Shown here one piece after another: positions 54,901 through 64,000 of a DNA stretch of 64,000 nucleotides. The stretch covers positions 1 to 64,000 of the forward strand of contig RHPI01003508.1 of the NCBI GenBank assembly GCA_009103225.1, given 5' to 3'. This DNA is from Chlorokybus atmophyticus. Taxonomy: Eukaryota; Plantae; Mesostigma and Chlorokybus algae. The stretch's first letter is position 1, and the number at the start of each line of letters is the position of its first letter. The notes under the pieces are model-generated. The model was not told where the DNA came from. It was given only the letters and a program-made list of their open reading frames with translations, and ran no database searches. Position numbers and translations under genes: made by a program.

Positions 54901-56027
54901 TCTCGCGCGCCCCTCCGACGCCTTCTCGTCCTCCTCTCCCCGCGCAGACAACGCCGCGTAGCACTCGCTGAGCTCCTCGTTGGCCTCAGACACGACACCA
55001 ACCTACGTGTATCACATTGACACAACAATCTCACGAGTTCACTCACACCCTGTCCTTACACGTGTCGTCGGGACGCACTCGGCCTCATCCCGCGTGCGCT
55101 GCTCGCACTCGATCAGGCGCGTTCGGGCTTCGGCGCCGCGCAGACCGGAGCGCGCGGAAGCGATGCGCCGCGCCTCGCGCTCGGATTCTTGGAGTCTAAC
55201 ATTGAGGTGGACATGCTGATGTTGTATGTATGTGTCCAACACAATCGTAACAACAACAACTACTACTATACCGCGCGAGTCGTATCTTGTGGAGAGCGAC
55301 GGCGCATGCGTTGGCACTGGCAGTGTCCACAGCGGCCTGTGGTGTCATGTGACTTTGTGTTGTGTTGTGTGATGTGAGATTTGTGATTGTCTTGTTGCAG
55401 ATTAACGTACCTGGAGGAGTTTCACTTCTGTGCGTAAGCGCACAGCCTCCTTGTCGGACTCGATCAGGACTTGCACGGGAGTCTTGCTCACCTCCTCACC
55501 CTCGAGCTACACACACGCGCGCACACACAAGTGCAATGTGGACTTTGCCTTTGCATGCACCACTTGACACATGCAAACAAAACACGCATGCATAGCTTGC
55601 CTGATCCACGTACAGCACGCTCAAATGAGAAGGAAACCCCACGACATTGTTGTCTCCAAGCGCCTTCAGTAGTGTGGTCTTCCCTACAGCATACTACAGG
55701 TCAGCATCCATTACTATCAAACAACGTGCATTGGTAGAAATTAACCAACCTGTGCCGTTTGTGCCCACAAGGCCGTAATGAGTGCCATGCTTGAGCTGCA
55801 AGTGCGCATCGGATATCAACTCCCGGTCGCCGATAGACACCGATAGACCCCTGTGGACAGCGCAGATATCACACTTTTGTGTATATGTGTAAGCAGAGTT
55901 GTGGAGGTGGAGTGTGTGCGTGTCATCTCTCATGCCTTAGGTCCACGTCCTTGTGGTTTGGCTGCACCGTCTCCGTGTGGAAGCGCGACTGCTGCGACAC
56001 CGCAACCACCTGCGCCGACGCCGCCAT
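51901..56027 (-). CDS. ABCF: ABC-F family ATPase (two NBDs, no TM domain), multi-exon
   Basis: NBD1: [11 protein letters not shown]|GKTTLL, LSG|[41 protein letters not shown]2: [61 protein letters not shown] 56027 begins [20 protein letters not shown]; stop at 51901. Confidence 0.93.
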
Positions 56028-57091
56028 CGCAACCACCGCCGCCGCCGCCGCCGCCGCCACGCCAACGGCAACGCCAGTGACAACCACGATCACAGCCACG
56101 CCAACTGCAACTTCACCGTTCAGGTCTGGTACGGATACACCCTGTACCCGTACAAGTGCAAGCTATACATAATAATTACATGATGGTTGCATTACATGGC
56201 ACAAACAGCATGGAGAATGGTGCACAATTGTATGTGTGTAACTTACAGTACGCAGAGTAGTGTATGTGTGTAACCTACGTGTAGCTGTCATCGCCGGCCA
56301 CTGATTATGAGTCGCTTAGTGTTGCAATAGTAAGCGACTTTGCCCTTAGATACCAATGCAGCTCGTAACCCCCCGTTCATTGGATAGCTAAATGTTTTAC
56401 AAATATTGAAGGGCCATGATAACGCAAATGTGTACATTTGTAAGTTGGGCTGTCATTGCAATTGAAGAACCTCCCTGTTTAAACGTTTATCCAATATTGT
56501 AATATTAAACATTCGTAAAAGATTCAATTTTGGTGTTACATACCTGTCACAGTTTATGCTTTTGCTCTCTGATTATATTAGCGGGTATTGATGTGGGTTA
56601 GCGCATAAGCAATTACCTTGTCTAAAGACATTATTATTTTTTAAAAGGTTTACTATCACAAATGATGAGCATTGTATTTAATGAACTGCAATGAAATGTT
56701 GCACGATAAGTGTAGTTTTTTATGATTGATAAATAAAGTACTTTGTAACAGCAAGTTTATCCGACGTACTTGCTGTCACTTGTTCATAGCATGCACAATA
56801 AAGTACACATCGACTTACGTAATCATAAATATAAGCAATAAGCGCAATGAACAAAGAGGCACTTATGCAAGCAAAGAGGCATATATATGAGTTAAAACTT
56901 AAGAGCCTCTTTACGCTGCTCTCCACTCCGTGTCCTTTGCTATCTTCAAGTTGTCTATCCTCTTCAGTACCCTTTTCTGATATTTCAGGCATGGTCAACT
57001 TCGTTTGGTTCGTCATGAACTCCGATCCGATAGCTACACAAACAAACGCTACATTTTTTTCTACACTGTTCTGATTTCATACAGAAGGCAG

Positions 57092-57650
57092 GCAGGGTCA
57101 ACATAATTGAGTTCTGAAATCAAATGTGATTGCTACACAAGCATAGGCCGTTTTTGGGTTATGAGATGTTTGAATCGCCTTTCTTCATTTTGTTGGTTTT
57201 AAGGCTTCAGTTTAATAATTTGGAATCCCACCCCCTTTCAGGAAAAAGATATCATGGTTACACAAGCAAGCAGGGTCAACATAATTGAGTTCTGAAATCA
57301 AATGTGATTGCTACACAAGCAAATAGGCCGTTTTTGGGTTATGAGATGTTTGAATCGCCTCTCTTCATTTTGCTGGTTTTTGGGCTTCAGTTTAATAATT
57401 TGGAATCCCACCCCCTTTCAGGAAAAAGATATCATGGTTACACAAGCAAACCCTACCCTCTTCGGTACACTATTCTAACTTTCAAAAACGAAAGGCAGCT
57501 AGGGTTAATATCGTTTGGCCCTTCCTGAACCGGAGATGATTGTTACACAAGCAAAGAGGCATTTCTTAGGTTATGAAATCTTAGAATCGCCTCTCTTCCT
57601 TTTTTTTTTTAACTACCGGTTTAATCCGGACTCTCACCCCCTTTCAGGAT
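57092..57650. repeat. 178-bp tandem repeat (2 near-identical copies plus a diverged partial third) in the ABCF/ALG2 divergent intergenic region
   Basis: gcagggtcaacataattgagttctg...atggttacacaagcaa starts at 57092 and 57270; partial copy at about 57535-57650. Confidence 0.92.
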
Positions 57651-57978
57651 TAAACCGCAGGGGAAGGCACTTAAGCCCCCCTCCAAACTAGCAGCGGACC
57701 GCTGATTTGCGCTCGGAGAGGCGACCGACGGGAGACTTGAACTCGGGTCGATCTCCCACGCACGGAAGCCAATAACCCACTGGGCTACTGCTCCGCGGTG
57801 GTGACAGTCGTTTTGGTGTGCTTAGTGTCAAGGTTTTTGGCATTGGCGGCGAGGTGGTTGGCGGTGGGCGAGGCATGGTGGAGGCGGCGGGCGCCGTCGT
57901 TGGTTGTGTAGCGTTCGAGCGTGGCTCCTGACCTGGTCTGCTCTGGTGTTCTGTTGCAGCATTGACAGCCTGCCGGGC

Positions 57979-60900
57979 ATGAGGACCAGGCCGCTGCCGC
58001 TGAGCCGCAGGGGAGGCCGGCCGCCTCCTGACGGAGAAGGACGAGGACGAGGAAAAGGAGAAAGAGGAGGAGGAGGAGGAGGCAATAAAGCTCTTGCTGG
58101 CGACTCTTGTCCTCCATTGCGCGTCGCGATCTGCCACCCAGACCTTGGCATTGGTAGAGACAACTAAACACCAACCAACTGCAGTGCAAGTGCTGCTTAA
58201 CTTTTTGGGTTACGGACTAGGGTTTCAAGCAAGCGATTTGATTTACAGTATGCAGTGAGTCTCTCATGTATGCGTTTGAAACATGCATGTTAACTGCATG
58301 ACTACTCTGCCCAACGCAACATGCATTGATTACAGACACGCAAGCAAATGCACATGCGCACACGCACAGGTACACACACCACCACCCACACGCACACACA
58401 TGCGCAGTATTGATTAAAGTTACACAAAACCCGTATTGCCCTCGTGAGAACCTCGTGCAGTGACATACACAATGAACAACTTGCATGCATCAAATCCTTG
58501 CCTCTGTCAGGCGGCGCAGAGCGGTTGATCGTGGACGCGGCGATGGAATTGCGTGCGCGAGGTCACTCCGTCACCGTCTTCACCGCGCATCACGACCCTA
58601 GCCACTGTTTTGAAGAAACACTGTCTGGTAAACGCACGCACGTGTGCATGCATCGTTACACACATGCACGCTTGCATGTGCGTACGTGCGTGCACGCACG
58701 CACACCCACCCTCACATATGCGCATGCAACACACATGCACATACATGCATCTGCATGCACACGTGCGCACACACGCATGTGCCAATGTGTGCATGCACGT
58801 TAACAAACATACACGTGCATACATATGCACACACGAGCTCACACGCGCTCGCACGTGTCCGTGTGCATATGGACATGCACCAACACACACGTGCATACAA
58901 CACGCACACGCATGCAAATCTGTGTATACCCACCCGCATGTACGCATACTCGCTCTTGACACATTACTGAATCTCTCCTTGACTCCAACCCAACACTCCC
59001 CCCGCCGCAGGCGCTTTCCCTGTCCGCGTCTTCGGCGACTTCCTCCCCCGCTCCCTCTTCGGCCGCCTCCACGCCCTCTGCGCCTACATACGCTGCGCCT
59101 ACGTCGCGTGGGCCCTCGTGCTCACAACACTCTTCCACCACGACGCGTTCGACGTGGCACTCGTCGACCAAGTGTCGGCGGCGATACCGATACTGAGACT
59201 CACGGGCGCAAAGGTGGGTGGAAATGGTGTTGGGTGTCGTGTGTCATGGTACTGTGTCATGGTACTCTATGTTGAATCGTTGGTTGTTTCTCTGTTTGAA
59301 GCCAGATTCTGTTCTACTGCCATTTCCCAGACTTGCTGCTTGTGCAAAAGAGATCGTGGCTGAGGTCGCTTTATAGGGCGCCACTAAACTGGTGGGAAGA
59401 GACAACAACAGGTGCATACTCATGCATGTGTACAACAACCCATTACATATACACATGCGCATGTATACCCAAGCGCGTGTGTGGCGGGCAACTTGTACAC
59501 TTGTGTCAGTGTATGCACGTGCGTGTACGCACTGCATGTGCATGCGTCCGTGCGCACATGCTTGTGCGTGCGTGTGCGTGTATCTGTGCATGTGTAGGTG
59601 TATGTGCATGCGTGTGTGTACATGTATGCGTCTGTTGCAACATTACATCCACTCTCCTCGCAGCCCCAAACATACCAACAACCCTCTCCCCCACAGGCCT
59701 GGCCGATGCCATCCTCGTGAACAGCTCCTTCACCAAGTCCACCTTCGCCGCGACATTCGTGCGTCTGCACAAGCGCGGCGTCGAGCCCGAGGTTCTCTTC
59801 CCCGCCGTCGATCCGTCGCAGTTCGACACACACAATGTCGGCGTCGAACTGCACGCACGAGCACAAGTGGACGGGGCTATGGAGGGGTCGCTCCCGAACG
59901 GCATCGACCCATCATCGCAGTAAGTTGGGTTTGAGGATAATGGGTTGCATGACCTTCCTGTGTGTGTGCAAGTGCGTGTATGTGAATGGTGCTTACTGTT
60001 GCTTCGCCACATGAAGTGCGCACATATGATATATCATCCCCCTTTTTACTAAACTATTGTTTGCAACTGGTCTGGATTCTCGTCGGGTTGTTTCCATTTG
60101 TTTTTGTTCCTTGTGTTTTCTGTATTATCTCCTGTAAACCCACGTCTTTTCACCCACTGCGTATGTTGTTTTCTTTGTCACTTAGCGCCGTGTGTTTGTT
60201 TTGCGAGCAGGCGCATATTCCTCTCAATCAATCGTTTCGAGCGCAAGAAGAACATTGGCCTTGCGATCGAAGCGTTCGCTCGCCTGCAGGCCAGTTTGCC
60301 TCCTGACCGCGCACGCGAGCTTGCCCCGCAGCTGCGCCTCGTCATCGCCGGTGAGAAGAAACAGGATTGCTGGGGTATGACATGGTTATTGCAGCATGAA
60401 ACGCAGGTCTCTACATAAACACTTATACGCACACATACACGCACGCCCGAACAGAGGACTTGGTGGGTCTGTTCTATGGTTATGAGATTATGCATGCACA
60501 ATTATTCGCAGATGAGAGAGCGGCATCATGCTTGATTTGTGGACATTATGCCATCCACATCAAAGGCCCGTGCGTTTGTTTGACCTGGATGTTCTCTCAG
60601 GTGGTTACGACCCCCGCGTGGTGGAGAACAGGCAGGTCCTGGAGGAGCTAAAGGCTTTGGTGGATAGGCTGGGAGTGGGAGACAGAGTGGTGTTCCTGCC
60701 ATCGTTCTCGACGGAGATGAAAGGGAGGCTGCTGGCCGCCTGCTGCTGCGTCGTCTATACACCGGAGGTAAGACAGTATCGGCGTGTGTGGGTCAGTGTG
60801 TGCTTACGTGTGTGTGTGTGTGTGTGTGTGTGCGTGTGCGCGCACTTGCATCTGCGCGCTTGTGTCTGTTTGTGCACGCACCTGCACGCGCGCGCACGTG

Positions 60901-61339
60901 CGTGCATGCTGCACACAAACACGCACACGCGCACATACATACATACATGTACATAGAGTTATGCACAATGACATACATGCCCATACAGCTTAACCAAGTC
61001 ATCATACTTACACACACGCATGTGCAGAATGAGCATTTTGGGATGGTGCCATTGGAGGCCATGGCGTCGCGCAGGCCCGTGATAGCGTGCGGGAGCGGCG
61101 GCCCGGTTGAGAGCATCATAGACGGCGAGACGGGTTTCCTATGCCACTCCAGTCCGGACCACTTTGCCCGCGCGATGCTGAAGCTGCTGGATGACAAGGT
61201 GTCGCGCGACATGGGCGAGAAGGCACGCGCGCGCGTCGTGAATAAGTTCTCGAGAGGGGTGTTCGGGGCGAAACTGGAGGCGGCTGTGCTTCAGTTGTGT
61301 GGGAGACAGACAGGCTTGCAACAAAGAGGACGAATGTAG
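57979..61339 (+). CDS. ALG2: Alpha-1,3/1,6-mannosyltransferase ALG2 (GT4), 9 exons
   Basis: RVAICHPDLGIG|GAERLIVDAA, HHDPSHCFEET, FDVALVDQVSAAIP, ILFYCHFPDLLL, ADAILVNSSFT, FLSINRFERKKNI, GGYDPRVVEN, VVYTPE|NEHFGMVPLEAM; stop at 61339. Confidence 0.96.
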
Positions 61340-61970
61340 CACAAAGGACACGCGTGCGCATGTGCGTGTCTTTTTGTACAAAGAATTCGATGCGATGTGG
61401 GTGACATGTGTGCGTGTGCGTGTGTATACTAGAGATGGCATGCTACAATGTGTACAAAGATCGTATGCTGCATATGCTGCATGCATGGAGTGTGTGTGAG
61501 GACAGTTGCAAGCAAGGATACGGCCCAGAACACCTTGTAGCATTGTGAGGGATATGAACCAATGCCAGCACGCGAGGTTACTAGTGAGTTCAATCATGTG
61601 TAGTCCACGCAGTATGCCCATATGTTTGGCCATAACTACGCAAGACCATTATTATGATAACTAATATGCAAAGTTTGTGAAGAACACTCAGAATGCGGAA
61701 CAATGCTGGAAAGGCGCACAGACAAGCGCCTAGAAAAATATATACATAATGCATGAATAGCCTTGAATATGAACACCAACGAAGATGTCATGAGTTGACA
61801 CATCAGCGTGGGCTTATACCTTATCCAAATACCTGCATAAGGAGGTATGGATGCGAAATGATACAACTCGTGATTGTCATGGAATCATCATTCATTGAAT
61901 GTTTACCGTATGTCATCGACCCCCCAACCCACCCACCCTTAATACAACACCCTCCATTCATTTTTGAGGG

Positions 61971-62235
61971 NNNNNNNNNNNNNNNNNNNNNNNNNNNNNN
62001 NNNNNNNNNNNNNNNNNNNNNNNNNNNNNNNNNNNNNNNNNNNNNNNNNNNNNNNNNNNNNNNNNNNNNNNNNNNNNNNNNNNNNNNNNNNNNNNNNNNN
62101 NNNNNNNNNNNNNNNNNNNNNNNNNNNNNNNNNNNNNNNNNNNNNNNNNNNNNNNNNNNNNNNNNNNNNNNNNNNNNNNNNNNNNNNNNNNNNNNNNNNN
62201 NNNNNNNNNNNNNNNNNNNNNNNNNNNNNNNNNNG
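61971..62235. other. Assembly gap (N run) bordered by G runs
   Basis: Uninterrupted Ns. Confidence 0.99.
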
Positions 62236-62339
62236 GGGCGGGGGGTGCTTTGTGTGTAAGAAAATCTTTCTCTACTAACAGCAAAATCGTCACACCAAGC
62301 TATGCACTGTCATCCTTGCCTATCATTGCACAAGCATAC

Positions 62340-62575
62340 TCACACGCATGTCAGCGGCATGCAAGCACGCCTACACAACAACACTGCCGCAGCTGCCAGC
62401 ACAGCGTCCGCTTCCGCTGTTGGCGCCGCCGTCTGGACCGGACCCCAGCCTGGTACTGCCGCTACGACTGCCGCCCCCCGCTCCAGGATGGTGATGCCCT
62501 GGGCGCGCTGCAGCGCGCAAGACACGCGCTGCCGGTACAGAGCCAAGTAGCCCGATAGCCTGCGCAATGGCAGGT
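62340..62575 (-). mobile_element. Possible 3' fragment of a non-LTR retroelement ORF
   Basis: GC-rich island translating to LSGYLALYRQRVSCALQRAQGITILERG, reminiscent of the QRLS.ALQRGNA-type C-terminal motif of RLE-type non-LTR elements. No RT domain is visible. Confidence 0.35.
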
Positions 62576-63770
62576 CACGTGCAGCCAGTGCCCTCCTAGC
62601 GCATGTGTAAAGGGGGGCTATGACAATGTATGACGATGAAATACAACATTTAGAATATCAAAAGTGATAGTACGATTACAGCATTGCACTTATTGTACAC
62701 TCCGGGCAATGTGACCCTAACCCAATAGCGCCAACACTTTACATTAGGTATGTAAGACTCCATAATCACTCAACACCTGACCCGATGCGAACTTCAATAC
62801 AGGTGACAAGCTCATTACAACATTGCCTTACAATATGCAATGCTATTCACGCACAACTTCTGCCTTCGTGCATTGGTGTTGACACATGATTTGAGACTTC
62901 CCGAATCTTTATTGGTGTGCATCCACAATTGCATACAGACTGTTTGCACGGGCTTTTCGTGGCAGTGGTAGACGTAGAGGTAGACGTAGAGGAGTGGTTC
63001 GGAAAGGTAAAGGTTGTGCTGAGAACGATTGTGACCTCACGCGTGGCATCACGCGCATCTTCACCACAACCGCTTCCACCTTTCCAACCCACTCCTCTGC
63101 ATCAAGCCCAGCATAGAATCTATACGCAATTGTGCTCACCAATGCAACTAATGCTCACCAATGCAACTATCACAGGGGGACCAGCGCCTTGTGCGCATAA
63201 TGGCATGAACCTAGGTTCTGTCCAAGTAGTAGGCTTGCTGCTCGCATGCGTACAGATCACACATACTCCAAAAGATTATGATGATGATGCCTTCTCCAGC
63301 AAGTCTACCTTCACTTCCCCTTTCTCACCCTCGCCGCTGTGTCTACCAAATGGTGTTGTGTTAAGAAACTTGGACGACTTCAGCCTGAAGGGCGTCCGAG
63401 GATCCTTTTGGTAATACCAAGAGGAGGAAAGCTCATACAGAGAGGCCAAAGGAGAATAGAGCACGTATCCCGTAGCTCTGGCAATGCAAATCTCATGTAC
63501 CGATACCTGTCTTCGAGCGAAGCCTGTGTTGCCCTTGTATGATGCAGCCATGGCATGGTGGGTAAGGCTGTAGTCTTCCTCAAGCTTGGCATACAGCAAA
63601 CCATCGCCTCGGAGGGGGAGGCACCTTTGTTGTGAAACTTGTCAAGTCATTTCTGATTTCTTGATGCCAATGAAGAACTCCCAGCTGGACTTCCACAACC
63701 GTTCTACTGCGCAATGCTCCGCAACATGCCTTGTGGCACAGCGTGAACCCGAAGTCACACGCACACGGCT

Positions 63771-64000
63771 TGTGTACATGCGTACTTGCACTTCCAGCTA
63801 CCTCTTTGCTTAGCATTGATCATGCTGTGTGCATGTGTGCATGTTGAGCATGCAGGCCGGATGCATGTCCGCACGCATGCACATACCTGTGTACATGCGT
63901 ACCTGCACTTCCAGCTACCTCTTTGCTTGGCATTGATCATGCTGTGTGCATGTGTGCATGTTGAGCAGGCAGGCCGGATGCATGTCCGCACGCATGCACT
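63771..64000. repeat. 117-bp tandem repeat (2 copies, runs off window end)
   Basis: tgtgtacatgcgtac.tgcacttccagctacctc... starts at 63771 and 63888. Confidence 0.93.

Noticed and set aside
53180-60993. Many overlapping His/Cys/Thr/Val-rich ORFs of 100-240 aa
   Set aside because: They arise from stop-poor RY-alternating introns; the true exons belong to ABCF and ALG2.

Overview
Eukaryotic nuclear DNA from the green-plant lineage. The beta-adaptin is nearly land-plant-like while the introns look algal, so an early-diverging streptophyte alga is inferred but not proven. Nine spliced genes were reconstructed by hand: a CNNM/DUF21-CBS metal transporter (-), a secreted type-II periplasmic-binding-fold protein (+), an IQ-motif protein (+), Asterix/WDR83OS (-), a GH16 beta-1,3-glucanase-X8-TM-zinc-finger protein (-), AP-1/2 beta-adaptin (+), a zf-LSD1/bZIP fusion (+), an ABC-F ATPase (-) and ALG2 (+). 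Between them lie a decayed gag, stop-riddled ORFs that are probably transposon-borne, a family of TA-flanked TIR elements/MITEs, a TSD-flanked retroposed insert, tandem repeats, microsatellites and three N gaps. The most striking observations are: (1) a receptor-like GH16+X8+TM protein with a cytosolic UBZ-like finger; (2) an LSD1-finger/bZIP fusion that lacks the invariant bZIP Asn; (3) an apparently circularly permuted, secreted family-3 solute-binding protein; (4) five inferred GC-AG introns. No tRNA, rRNA or CRISPR array was recognised. All domain calls come from motif recognition by eye, not from database searches.
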